Shown here piece by piece: positions 30,611 through 39,985 of a stretch of 64,000 bases of DNA. The notes beneath the pieces are model-generated. The model worked only from the letters and a program-made list of their open reading frames with translations. It ran no database searches and was not told the origin of the DNA. Within the stretch, counting starts at the first letter, position 1; each line of letters opens with the position of its first letter. A program made the position numbers and the translations under genes. Source of the stretch: an uncultured Gammaproteobacteria bacterium (GTDB taxonomy: Bacteria; Pseudomonadota; Gammaproteobacteria; DRLM01). The stretch covers positions 128,001 to 192,000 of the forward strand of contig CAVSNY010000006.1 of assembly GCA_963729605.1 (NCBI GenBank). Direction: 5' to 3'.

Positions 30611-30804
30611 CAACGATTCGCCGCTGTAAGGTTCCGTCCCCGGCGGCGACTAACAACCGACATCTTGTTCCCGCGCGCATTATTACACGGCCCGGGTATT
30701 TCGTAGCCGCTTGCAATGTCTCGGCGGCGGCGAGGTCAGAGGAGAGAGCGGGACCAGCGGCGGCTACGGATCGAGGCAGTCCCCATCCCATTTCTTAAGA
30801 GTGC

Positions 30805-31920
30805 ATGACCATGCTGAAAAAAACACTATTCGGATTGGCGTTTACCCTGGCCGGCACCGCCGCGTTGCTACTCTATCCCGCCGCCAACCAGGCCACGTCA
30901 CCGGCGGCGGGCCAGGGGGAACTGGCGCTGGCCACCTTCGCCGGCGGCTGTTTCTGGTGCGTGGAGGCCAATTTCGACAAGGTGCCCGGCGTGGTCAAAA
31001 CCATTTCCGGCTACACCGGCGGCCACCTCGCCGACCCTACCTATGAGCAAGTCTCCGCGGGCGGCACCGGCCACTTGGAGAGCGTGCAAGTCCACTACGA
31101 CCCCAAACGCATCAGTTATGAAGGACTGCTGGCGGCCTTCTGGCGTAGCGTCGATCCCACCGACGGCGGCGGGCAATTCGTCGATCGCGGCCAGCAATAC
31201 ACCACGGCGATTTTCTATCACACCGAACAGCAGAAACTCGCCGCCGAAAAATCCCGCGCGGCCCTCGCCGCCAGCGGCCGCTACCGCGCCCCGCTGGTCA
31301 CGCCGATTCTCGCCGCGGAAAAGTTCTACGCCGCGGAAGATTATCATCAGGACTTTCACACCAAGAGTCCGGTCCGCTACACCTTTTACCGCCACCGCTC
31401 GGGCCGCGACCAGTATCTGGAAAAGACCTGGGGCAAGGAGCTGAAAGTGAACTATCGGCAATACACGCCCGCCGACACCGCCCGTTATCACAAACCCGCC
31501 GACGCGGAATTGCGCAAGCGCCTCACCAAACTGCAATACGACGTCACCCAGCACGAGGCCACCGAACCGCCCTACAAAAACCCATACTGGGACGAGAAGC
31601 GCGCGGGGATTTACGTGGACATCGTCAGCGGCGAACCCCTGTTCTCCTCCGCCGACAAATTCGATTCCGGCACCGGCTGGCCCAGCTTCACCCGGCCGCT
31701 GGATACCTCGCTGATCGTCGAGAAACTCGATTTCGTGCTGTTCATCCCGCGCACCGAAGTGCGCAGCCGTTACGGCGACTCGCACCTCGGCCACGTCTTC
31801 GAGGACGGTCCCGCGCCCACCGGCCTGCGTTATTGCATCAACTCGGCGGCCTTGCGCTTCATTCCCAAGGACGCGCTGGCCAAGGAAGGTTGCGCCCAAT
31901 ACGCGGCCTTGTTTCAATAA
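30805..31920 (+). CDS. msrAB: fused methionine sulfoxide reductase MsrA-MsrB, exported
   Basis: N-terminal signal/anchor; GGCFWC and AEDYHQ (MsrA); [20 protein letters not shown] (MsrB). Confidence 0.95.
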   Translation: MTMLKKTLFGLAFTLAGTAALLLYPAANQATSPAAGQGELALATFAGGCFWCVEANFDKVPGVVKTISGYTGGHLADPTYEQVSAGGTGHLESVQVHYDPKRISYEGLLAAFWRSVDPTDGGGQFVDRGQQYTTAIFYHTEQQKLAAEKSRAALAASGRYRAPLVTPILAAEKFYAAEDYHQDFHTKSPVRYTFYRHRSGRDQYLEKTWGKELKVNYRQYTPADTARYHKPADAELRKRLTKLQYDVTQHEATEPPYKNPYWDEKRAGIYVDIVSGEPLFSSADKFDSGTGWPSFTRPLDTSLIVEKLDFVLFIPRTEVRSRYGDSHLGHVFEDGPAPTGLRYCINSAALRFIPKDALAKEGCAQYAALFQ

Positions 31921-32090
31921 GGCGGGACGGCCAAGAGCCGGCGATCTCCTTTAAAAAAACGCCGGCTCGTCATGCCTGCCGCAAGTGACGCGACCGGGAC
32001 TCTTCGTGCCCGGGGTCGATGGGGATGAAGATCGATTGACCTCGGCCCGCCTCCCCGTTCCGTCGAAAGCGGCGGGCATCGCGGCGGTAT

Positions 32091-32684
32091 TTACGTCCGC
32101 TTCTCCCACCACAGGATACGATTATTGGCGGGCATGGCGACATCGCCCCGCGCCTGCAGTTGCGCCTGCTGCGCCAACCGGTCGAGCGCGTCGGCATCGC
32201 GGATGCCGCTGAGGGGATCGCGGGATTTGAGTTGTTCATCGAAGCGCCGATTGCTGTCGCTGGTGTAACATCCGTGATCATTAAATGGGCCGTACAGTAA
32301 AAAGATGCCGCCCGCGGGCAATAAGGCGCCGACGCCCGCGAACATAGCCTCCACCTCCGGCCAGTGCATGATATGAGCGGTGTTGGCGGAATACACCGCA
32401 TCCACCGTCATGGCGGGCCACGGTGTTTGCGTCACGTCCAGCGCCAGAGGCGGACGCACATTCTCCAGGGCGGCTTCATCCAGCCACAGCTGAATGCCGG
32501 CGTGATACATCTCGCGGTCGCTGGTATGCCAGATCAAATGTGGTAGTTTCGCGGCGAAATACACCGCGTGTTGTCCCGTGCCGCTGCCGATCTCCAACAC
32601 CGCGCGCCGCGCGGCCAGCAGCGGTTGAATCACCGCGAAGATGGGATCGCGGTTACGCTCGCAGGCCTCGGAATAAGGTTTCAT
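32091..32684 (-). CDS. DUF938 family SAM-dependent methyltransferase
   Basis: ACERNRDPI, VLEIGSGTGQH, YGPF, MPANN. Confidence 0.9.
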   Translation of the reverse strand: MKPYSEACERNRDPIFAVIQPLLAARRAVLEIGSGTGQHAVYFAAKLPHLIWHTSDREMYHAGIQLWLDEAALENVRPPLALDVTQTPWPAMTVDAVYSANTAHIMHWPEVEAMFAGVGALLPAGGIFLLYGPFNDHGCYTSDSNRRFDEQLKSRDPLSGIRDADALDRLAQQAQLQARGDVAMPANNRILWWEKRT

Positions 32685-32727
32685 CGATCCACCGTCTCCT
32701 GGACGTTCATGCTCACCGCCAAGGGGC

Positions 32728-32744
32728 TTATTCAGAGGTTCCTA
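32728..32744. mobile_element. isolated IS-like terminal inverted repeat
   Basis: TTATTCAGAGGTTCCTA, reverse-complement match to the ends at 34104-34173. Confidence 0.45.
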
Positions 32745-32805
32745 CGGCACACGGATGTGCCGCCATAGCCGCCGCGCGAAGACCTCGGCGCCTTCGCGGA
32801 CGGAC

Positions 32806-33183
32806 TCACTGAGAGGGGGCCAACGACAAAATATAATCGACCAATTGCTCGATGTGCTCCGCCGATACCCGCTTCTCCAGCGGCGGCATGCCGTCGGGCG
32901 CCTTCCAGCTGAACCACTTGCCCTTGCTGCCTTTGTTGACGCTTTCGATCAACAGCGCCCGCGCCTCCGCCCGCGGCGCGTCTTTATAACGATCGGCGAT
33001 CGCCTGCCAGGACGGCCCGACCGTGCTTACGCTGACCGTATGGCATTCGATGCAACCGTTCATATGCGCCAGCTTGAACAATTCGCTCTCCCTCTCCCCC
33101 CGCGAGTCTTCCACACCCGCGCCCTGTTGGCCGCACCCGCCGAGGACGGCGACGGCGATTATCGCGGCCACGGACCTGTTCAT
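32806..33183 (-). CDS. monoheme cytochrome c (c551/c552-like), probable lipoprotein
   Basis: Lipobox LGGC, CIECH, VGPSW, MPP distal Met. Confidence 0.88.
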   Translation of the reverse strand: MNRSVAAIIAVAVLGGCGQQGAGVEDSRGERESELFKLAHMNGCIECHTVSVSTVGPSWQAIADRYKDAPRAEARALLIESVNKGSKGKWFSWKAPDGMPPLEKRVSAEHIEQLVDYILSLAPSQ

Positions 33184-33329
33184 TTTAATAACCATTTTGT
33201 GCCCCCGTTCATCACTACGCTTTACTACGCCTTATTAAGCGCGCCTGACACGGCGATTCATGATGTTTCGCGATCACGGCCGCCCCGGCGATCACCAGAT
33301 TCATTTTACCCGCGTTGACCCATGCATCC

Positions 33330-34013
33330 TCACAAAACGCGCGCCGCGAACCAAAGCGTGTGCCACGCGCCCTTGCGCACCGCGCCGCGCGCGCGCACCC
33401 GCTGCTCTTCCACGTCAAAACCCTGCTTGCGCAGGCGGTCGGCGAAATCCGGCGCGGGGCCCGCCGACCACACCGCCAACACCCCGCCGGGCCGCAGCGC
33501 CGAATACGCCGCGTTCAACCCCGCCGCGGAATAAAGCCAGTCGTTGCCCTTGTGGGTCAAACCTTCGGGGCCGTTGTCCACGTCCAGCAAGATGGCGTCG
33601 TAGTCCTGCGCCGCCGTTCTCAAGAGCCGGGCCACGTCGATCACCTCTATTCGGGCGCGCGCATCGTCCAGCGGTTGACCGGCCTCCGCCCCCAGCGGCC
33701 CGCGATTCCATTCCACCACCGCCGCCACCAATTCCGCTACCACCACTTCGGCGGCGGGCCCAAGGTTTTTCAGCGCGGCGGCGAGTGTGAACCCCATCCC
33801 CAAACCGCCGATCAATACCCGCGGCCGGGCCTGGTCGGCCAGCCGGGCGCAGGCCAGTTCCGCCAAGGCCTCCTCCGAACCGTGCATCCGGCTGTTCATC
33901 AGCTCGCCGCCGCCGACGATACGGATCGAAAACTCCTCGGCCCGCCGATATAACCTGAGCTCGCCGCCGTTGCCGGGTATCGCCGCGCTGCCGAGCAGTA
34001 TCCAAGGAATCAT
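33330..34013 (-). CDS. spermidine-synthase-like SAM-binding protein
   Basis: ELMNSRMHGSE, VLIGGLGMGFT, ILLDVDNGP, PGGVLAVWS. Confidence 0.85.
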   Translation of the reverse strand: MIPWILLGSAAIPGNGGELRLYRRAEEFSIRIVGGGELMNSRMHGSEEALAELACARLADQARPRVLIGGLGMGFTLAAALKNLGPAAEVVVAELVAAVVEWNRGPLGAEAGQPLDDARARIEVIDVARLLRTAAQDYDAILLDVDNGPEGLTHKGNDWLYSAAGLNAAYSALRPGGVLAVWSAGPAPDFADRLRKQGFDVEEQRVRARGAVRKGAWHTLWFAARVL

Positions 34014-34103
34014 GATGGGTTCTACGTGGCCGGAATGCCGGCCATCATACAGCAGCGCCGCTTGTTTTACCGAGCGCGAAGCGATGCCCGATAACGGTGT
34101 CTT

Positions 34104-34174
34104 TAAGGAAGCTCTGAATAATTCCATCCTGAAATTTCAGGGCACGGGAGCCTCTGAATAAATCAGAGGTTCCT
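34104..34174. mobile_element. collapsed IS-end remnant
   Basis: GGAAGCTCTGAATAA, GGGAGCCTCTGAATAA and inverted ATCAGAGGTTCC within 70 bp. Confidence 0.5.
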
Positions 34175-34290
34175 TGAATCTGTTGCGGAGCAAGATTGGA
34201 AGGGTGCCAATTTAAGAAACACGATGCTCCGCGGCACCTCCCGGCATTTTCAGCGCCGGTCCTCTTCAATCAAAAAATGCGGCCCCCAAC

Positions 34291-34320
34291 AAACGACCCC
34301 GCCGGCGCGGCGGGGTCGTT
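34291..34320 (-). terminator. intrinsic terminator
   Basis: AACGACCCCGCC-GGCGC-GGCGGGGTCGTT hairpin with a T-rich tail on the minus strand, downstream of the 34355 gene. Confidence 0.65.
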
Positions 34321-34354
34321 GTACAACGCCATGTTATAAGCGCCAGCTGCGCAC

Positions 34355-34648
34355 TCACATATTGCCGTCGGAACCCGCGCCGTCTTCTTTCATGTCATGT
34401 TTGTCGTGTTTGCCTTCCTTGCCGTGTTTGCCCTCTTTACCGTGCATCCCGGCCTTCTCATCCTTGTCGTGTTTCATCATCGAATGATCAAGACACCTCT
34501 TCATCCAGGCATCCAATTTTTCACCGGACATGCCATGTTGCTCACCCATGGCCTTGCACTGTTCTTCGGTGGGGCCTTCGCCGGCGACAACGGACCAGGA
34601 CATGAACGAGAGGGTAAGGGCGGCGACGCCCAGGGCGATCTTTTTCAT
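34355..34648 (-). CDS. small exported His/Met/Lys-rich protein
   Basis: RBS AAGGAG; signal peptide; C-x20-C core; HGKEGK repeats. Confidence 0.8.
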   Translation of the reverse strand: MKKIALGVAALTLSFMSWSVVAGEGPTEEQCKAMGEQHGMSGEKLDAWMKRCLDHSMMKHDKDEKAGMHGKEGKHGKEGKHDKHDMKEDGAGSDGNM

Positions 34649-35228
34649 TCGAAGCTCCTTATTGAAGGATAGGAAGTTGACAGCCGCCGAATCGGTTTCG
34701 TCCGCGGGTAACGCACTTTAACCGAGCCTTTTGACTCTGTCGATGGGCGCGCCCGATCCATTCGGCCAAGGGCATGAAGTTTGGATTTTTAATCTTGAGA
34801 TTCTCCTCGGCGAGCCGCGGGACCAGACGATGGGGCCGTTCAAGGAGAGGGAGGGCGTAGCGAAGCGCGCGATTCCCTACCTCGAGTACCCGCGCGATTC
34901 ATCCCCCGTGCGCAGTCGGGCCAAATTAATCGCACGCCGCGGCCTCATTGTAATTCCTAAGCCTGCTTGTAAGCTTTACATGAAATCGCGCAAAGAACCC
35001 GGCACCCACCGCCTCGACTTTTAGCGAGTCAAACCCCGAATCTCACGCAACGATCTCTATGCGGTTCGACAGCGGAGAGGAAAAATTCAGTCCTGAAAAG
35101 TTTCAGAAATCCTAGTGGCTTCTAAAATTTATCCGGCCGCCGGGCTTGACGTGGATTGATTCTTGATTGGACGCAGAGCGTTGGAAAACCCTCGTCGATA
35201 TTCATCTAACGGCCAGGCTGGTCACCGC

Positions 35229-35244
35229 TGGCCCGCGGATTGCA
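35229..35244 (+). promoter_or_regulatory. putative sigma54 -24/-12 promoter
   Basis: TGGCCC-GCGGA-TTGCA has canonical GG/GC spacing. Confidence 0.45.
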
Positions 35245-35358
35245 ATTCCCGACGGCAATAAGGACGGCTCGCTGCCAAACTCCCGTGCTTATTTCTTTAG
35301 TCAGCATCCATGGTTCGCCCGGCGCGAACTCAATTATTATTAAAGGAAGGAACCCACC

Positions 35359-35505
35359 ATGTTCAACCCCAATCGACCCAAAGAACAACGCGAAAATGAA
35401 ACCAATCCCGGCCGTCGCCCCAAAGGTGAGCAGGATAAACGCGACATCAATCAACGTGGCAAGGACAAAGACAAGGAAAGCCGCCGCGTGGAACGGGAAG
35501 GCTGA
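35359..35505 (+). CDS. 48-aa highly charged small protein (not in ORF track)
   Basis: AAAGGAAGG RBS, ATG 35359, MFNPNRPKEQRENETNPGRRPKGEQDKRDINQRGKDKDKESRRVEREG*, followed by a strong hairpin. Confidence 0.55.
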   Translation: MFNPNRPKEQRENETNPGRRPKGEQDKRDINQRGKDKDKESRRVEREG

Positions 35506-35519
35506 TTGGTAATGATCGG

Positions 35520-35551
35520 TGATGAGGCCGCCGCCCTAGGCGGCCTCATCA
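35520..35551. terminator. strong hairpin between the small ORF and metZ
   Basis: TGATGAGGCCGCC-GCCCTA-GGCGGCCTCATCA. Confidence 0.65.
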
Positions 35552-35663
35552 ATATTTAATGCGCACAGCACCTACTTTGAAATCATAAAAAAACAGCAAA
35601 AGTCATTTCTCGCATCTACGAATACAGCAATTTTCTTTAGATGCTTCACCACGACTTCGGTGA

Positions 35664-36845
35664 TTACAGCTTCAAACCTCGCGCCAAATCCGCTTTCAAA
35701 TCCTCGACGTTTTCCAGACCCACCGCGATCCGCACCAGATTATCTTTGATACCCGCCGCCGCGCGGGCCTCGGGCGTCAAACGGCCATGGGTGGTGGTAG
35801 CGGGATGAGTAATGGTGCTCTTGGTATCGCCGAGGTTGGCGGTAATCGCGATCAGCCGCGTGTTGTCGATCACCCTCCACGCCGCCTCCCGGCCGCCCTT
35901 CACTTCGAAAGAGAGCAGGCCGCCGAAGCCGCGCTGCTGGCGTTTGGCCAAGTCGTATTGCGGATGCGAAACCAAACCGGGGTAAAACACCCGCTCCACC
36001 GCCGGCTGCCGCTCCAGCCACTCGGCGAGGGCCAGCGCGTTGGCGCAGTGGGCGCGCATGCGTACGCCCAAGGTTTCCAGACCTTTTAAAAATACCCAGG
36101 CGTGAAACGGGCTCAGGCAGGGACCGGTGGTGCGCAACACGCCGTACACATCGCCGCCCACTTCTTTTTCGCGGCCGATCACCGCACCGCCGATGGCGCG
36201 GCCCTGACCGTCGATATATTTGGTGGCGGAGACCACCACCAGATCCGCGCCCAGTTGCAGAGGCCGCTGCAAGGCCGAGGTGCACACCGTATTATCAACC
36301 ACCAGTAAACAACCGTGTTCGTGCGCCAGCGCGGCGAGTTGGGCGATGTCGGCCACTTCGGTAAGCGGATTGGCCGGCGTCTCCAAAAACAGGATGCGTG
36401 TGGTGGGACGGATCGCGGCGCGCCAGGCGGCGATGTCGGTGAGCGGCGCATAGCTAGTCTCGATGCCGAACTTGGCCAGGTAATTATTGAACAGGATGAC
36501 CGTGCTGCCGAAGATGCCGTTACTCGCCACCATGTGGTCGCCGCTCTTCAACAGACCGAGACAGGTGGCGAGGATCGCCGCCATGCCCGAGCTGGTGGCC
36601 ACCGCCCGCTCGCCGCCTTCCATCGCGGCGATGCGCTGCTCGAACACTTGCACGGTGGGATTGGTGAAGCGCGAATAAATATTGCCGGGTTTTGCGCCGG
36701 AGAAACGCGCCGCCGCCTCCGCCGCGCTGGAAAACACGAAGCTGGTCGAGGCGAAGATGGGTTCGCTCATCTCACCCTCGGCGCTGCGCCGCTGGCCGCC
36801 GTGCACCGCCAGGGTTTCCGGCTGATAATGAATTTCGTCGGACAT
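35664..36845 (-). CDS. metZ: O-succinylhomoserine sulfhydrylase
   Basis: YSRFTNPT, SSGMAAI, SATKYIDGQGR (PLP Lys), NLGDTKSTITHPATTTHGR; follows purF. Confidence 0.95.
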   Translation of the reverse strand: MSDEIHYQPETLAVHGGQRRSAEGEMSEPIFASTSFVFSSAAEAAARFSGAKPGNIYSRFTNPTVQVFEQRIAAMEGGERAVATSSGMAAILATCLGLLKSGDHMVASNGIFGSTVILFNNYLAKFGIETSYAPLTDIAAWRAAIRPTTRILFLETPANPLTEVADIAQLAALAHEHGCLLVVDNTVCTSALQRPLQLGADLVVVSATKYIDGQGRAIGGAVIGREKEVGGDVYGVLRTTGPCLSPFHAWVFLKGLETLGVRMRAHCANALALAEWLERQPAVERVFYPGLVSHPQYDLAKRQQRGFGGLLSFEVKGGREAAWRVIDNTRLIAITANLGDTKSTITHPATTTHGRLTPEARAAAGIKDNLVRIAVGLENVEDLKADLARGLKL

Positions 36846-36873
36846 GCCGCCTCTCCTCGTCAGATGGCGGGCA

Positions 36874-36910
36874 TAAAAAAACCCACCGTGATTCTTCACC
36901 AAAGCGGGTC
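36874..36910 (-). terminator. terminator-like hairpin in the metZ leader
   Basis: ACCCGCT-TTG-GTGA-AGAA-TCAC-GGTGGGT followed by TTTTTT on the minus strand. Confidence 0.55.
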
Positions 36911-36911
36911 G

Positions 36912-36968
36912 CCCTCGCTTTAGCTGTATTTATTACGCGCCCGCAAGCTGATATCAAATCGGCGCACG
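36912..36968 (-). ncRNA. SAM-II-like riboswitch aptamer
   Basis: GTGCGCCGATTTGATATCAGCTTGCGGGCGCGTAATAAATACAGCTAAAGCGAGGG matches the SAM-II pattern (GCGC.GATTT...TTGC..GCGC...TAAAT..AGCTAAA); upstream of a Met biosynthesis gene. Confidence 0.85.
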
Positions 36969-37076
36969 ACTACAGAGTAAAAAATCCCGGCTCGGCTTGT
37001 CAATCATCCAAACCGGCGACTCCGGCGCGTTACGGTAACCGCGCCGCCCGGTAAATCCACCGCGGCGCGCGGCGCC

Positions 37077-38594
37077 TCAAGAGAGGTTATGGATATCCGC
37101 CGCCGCCGCCGCGACATTGGCGCGGGTCGGCGTATCCTTGGCGCCGTCGTTGCGGCGCCGCTCCAGCTCCGCCAGGTATTCCGGACCGATATCGCCGGTG
37201 ACGTAGTGGCCGGTGAAGACCGAATCGTCGAATTGTTCGAGCTTGCGGTTGCCGTGATGCACGGCGCCGATCAAATCGGGGAGGTCTTGATAGATGAGTT
37301 TATCGGCGCTGATCTCGCGGCAGACTTCGTCGTCGCTTTTATCGTGGGCCACCAGCTCGGTGGCGGCCGGCATGTCGATGCCGTAGACGTTGGGATAACG
37401 CACGGCCGGGGCGGCGGAGGCGAAATATACTCGATGGGCGCCGGCGTCGCGCGCCATTTGGATGATCTGCCGCGAGGTGGTGCCGCGCACGATGGAATCG
37501 TCCACCAGCAAGACGTTTTTGCCGCGGAATTCCAGGTCGATGGCATTGAGTTTCTGGCGCACGGATTTTTTGCGCTGAGTCTGGCCGGGCATGATGAAGG
37601 TGCGGCCGATGTAGCGGTTCTTGATGAAACCTTCGCGGTATTTCACGCCCAATTTATTGGCGAGCTGCAAGGCCGAGGTGCGGCTGGTATCGGGAATCGG
37701 GATCACCACGTCGATGTCGTGATCGGGCCACTCGCGCAAAATCTTGTCGGCGAGGGTCTCGCCCATCCGCAAGCGCGCCTTGTACACCGACACGTCGTCG
37801 ATGATGGAATCCGGGCGGGCGAGGTATACATATTCAAAAATGCACGGGGCGTACACCGGTTTTTTGGCGCACTGGCGGGTTTGAATACCACCGTCGAGAC
37901 TGAAAAACAGCGCTTCGCCCGGCGCAATATCCCGCACCAGTTGGAAGCCCAGCACGTCCAGCGCCACACTCTCGGAGGCCACCATGTATTCGATGCCTTG
38001 AGGTGTCTCGCGTTTGCCGAACACCACCGGCCGGATGCCGTGCGGATCGCGGAAGGCGACGATGCCGTAACCGACGATCAAGGCCACCGCCGCGTAGCCG
38101 CCCCGGCAGCGGCGATGCACGCCGGCCACCGCGGCGAAGATGTCGTCCTCGTTGAGGCGCAGCTTGCCCTGCGCCTGCAATTCGTGGGCGAAGACGTTGA
38201 GCAATACTTCGGAATCGGATTCGGTATTGATGTGGCGGCGGTCTTCCAGAAACAGATCGCGTTTGAGATCGTCGGCGTTGGTGAGATTGCCGTTGTGCGC
38301 CAGCGCGATGCCGAACGGCGAGTTCACGTAAAACGGCTGGGCCTCCGCCGACGACGCGCAGCCGGCGGTGGGATAACGCACGTGGCCGATGCCGATGTTG
38401 CCGTGCAGATCGCGCATGTGGCGGGTATGAAATACGTCGCGCACCAGGCCGTTGTCCTTGCGCAGATAAACCCGCTTGCCGTCGCTGGTGAGTATGCCCG
38501 CCGCGTCCTGACCCCGGTGTTGCAGCACGGTCAATCCGTCATAGATGGATTGATTGACCTGCTCTTTGCCCACAATGCCCACAATCCCGCACAT
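37077..38594 (-). CDS. purF: amidophosphoribosyltransferase
   Basis: [29 protein letters not shown]. Confidence 0.98.
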   Translation of the reverse strand: MCGIVGIVGKEQVNQSIYDGLTVLQHRGQDAAGILTSDGKRVYLRKDNGLVRDVFHTRHMRDLHGNIGIGHVRYPTAGCASSAEAQPFYVNSPFGIALAHNGNLTNADDLKRDLFLEDRRHINTESDSEVLLNVFAHELQAQGKLRLNEDDIFAAVAGVHRRCRGGYAAVALIVGYGIVAFRDPHGIRPVVFGKRETPQGIEYMVASESVALDVLGFQLVRDIAPGEALFFSLDGGIQTRQCAKKPVYAPCIFEYVYLARPDSIIDDVSVYKARLRMGETLADKILREWPDHDIDVVIPIPDTSRTSALQLANKLGVKYREGFIKNRYIGRTFIMPGQTQRKKSVRQKLNAIDLEFRGKNVLLVDDSIVRGTTSRQIIQMARDAGAHRVYFASAAPAVRYPNVYGIDMPAATELVAHDKSDDEVCREISADKLIYQDLPDLIGAVHHGNRKLEQFDDSVFTGHYVTGDIGPEYLAELERRRNDGAKDTPTRANVAAAAADIHNLS

Positions 38595-38671
38595 ATCGTT
38601 ATCTCACCTCACCGCCGCGCCCGTCCGCCATCGAAATCCGCCGCTTCGTCGCGGCGGCCCGCCAGTTGAAT

Positions 38672-39157
38672 TTATACCGATTGCCGTAGGTCATCCGGCA
38701 TCCACTGTTGCCATTTGGCCAGCCACGGCGCCGCATAATCGATGATCGCCGAATCCCGCCAGGCCTCCGTCTCCACCAGCGGCGTGATACCGACCACCAC
38801 CAGCACCAGCGCGACCACCAAACCGCCGCGCAATACGCCGAAGATCACGCCCAATATCCGGTCGCTGATACTCAAGCCGGCGCCCTTCACCAGCTTCGAT
38901 AAAAAATAATTGATCAGCGCGCCCGCTATCAGCACGGCCAGGAACACCACCACGAAGGCGACGGCCATGCGCACCGACGGAGAATCAATGACGCCTCTCA
39001 AGAAGTCGGCCAGCGTGGGGTTGAACCGCAGCGCCAGCCAAAAGGCGCCGATCCACACCGCCAGCGACACCGCCTCGCGCACGAAACCGCGGATCACACT
39101 GATCACCGCCGAAAACGCCACGACCCCTAAAATGGCGACATCAACCCAATTCATCAA
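38672..39157 (-). CDS. cvpA: CvpA family membrane protein
   Basis: RGFVREAVSL, DRILGVIFG..RG; between dedD and purF. Confidence 0.93.
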   Translation of the reverse strand: MMNWVDVAILGVVAFSAVISVIRGFVREAVSLAVWIGAFWLALRFNPTLADFLRGVIDSPSVRMAVAFVVVFLAVLIAGALINYFLSKLVKGAGLSISDRILGVIFGVLRGGLVVALVLVVVGITPLVETEAWRDSAIIDYAAPWLAKWQQWMPDDLRQSV

Positions 39158-39361
39158 TATCCACCCTGCCGTCCGCCGCGCGCGACGGCAATAACCCCGC
39201 CGTCCGCCCCGTCAACGCGGGCGGGCCGCCGTCTGCAAAAAAAATCCATTTCAACGAAAGACCAGCAAGGGGCATGGGCTAGCGGCCTTAAGGCCGGACT
39301 GATAGTGAAAGAGGGAAGGCATTTTACCAGAACGGCCGCGCCTCGGCAGCAAGCAGCGCGC

Positions 39362-39985
39362 TCACGGATAGTGCAGCACGATGGCGCGCAACTGGGTCTC
39401 GCGCTCCACCCGCTCGCGCAGCGTATCGGCCCGAGCCCGTTCCTTTTCCGGACCGATGCGCACCCGGTAGACCGCGTCGCCGCCCTGCGCATTACGTTCG
39501 ACGAAGGCGCGGAAGCCCCGTTTGATCAGAAACTCCGCCAGATCGTCCGCGTTCTTTTTGCTGGAAAAGCTGCCGAGCTGGACCACCCAGGCCCCGCCCC
39601 CGGCGGCGCCCGCGGCGGGAGCGGCCGGCACTGACGGCGGCACGGGGGCAACCGGCGGCGCGGGAGGCATCGCCGGCGCCGGCTTGGCCGTGGCGGGACT
39701 CGCCGGGGCTACCGCCACGGGCGCGGATACGGGCGGCGCGACCGGCTTATCGAGTGACTCCATCCCCGCGGCCAATTCCGTGTCGGCCTGCTGCGCCCAA
39801 TTTTCGAGCGGCAGTACCCGCGTCACGAAGCCTTGTTCCGGCGGCGCGGCCAGGTTGTCGTGATGTCCCCACCATTCGCGCTCGTGGCCGAAATCCAGGA
39901 CGAAGGGGATGACGATCACCGCCACCGCTACCAGCACGAGACCACCGACTATCCGCTGTTTGAGTAAGCCGCGTTCCACCTTCAC
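39362..39985 (-). CDS. dedD: DedD-like SPOR domain protein
   Basis: LKQRIVG TM, Pro/Ala linker, WVVQLGSF..YRVRIGP; GTG overlaps the folC stop. Confidence 0.88.
   Translation of the reverse strand: MKVERGLLKQRIVGGLVLVAVAVIVIPFVLDFGHEREWWGHHDNLAAPPEQGFVTRVLPLENWAQQADTELAAGMESLDKPVAPPVSAPVAVAPASPATAKPAPAMPPAPPVAPVPPSVPAAPAAGAAGGGAWVVQLGSFSSKKNADDLAEFLIKRGFRAFVERNAQGGDAVYRVRIGPEKERARADTLRERVERETQLRAIVLHYP

Noticed and set aside
32744-34104. Composite transposon carrying the cytochrome c and methyltransferase genes
   Set aside because: The flanking IS-like ends point outward from these genes, and no transposase or target duplication was seen
34731-35024. 97-aa ORF as a transposase fragment or real gene
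   Set aside because: No RBS and no recognisable motif; left unassigned pending a search
35206-35454. 82-aa hydrophobic minus-strand ORF
   Set aside because: Better explained as the antisense shadow of the + strand 48-aa charged ORF, which has an RBS and terminator
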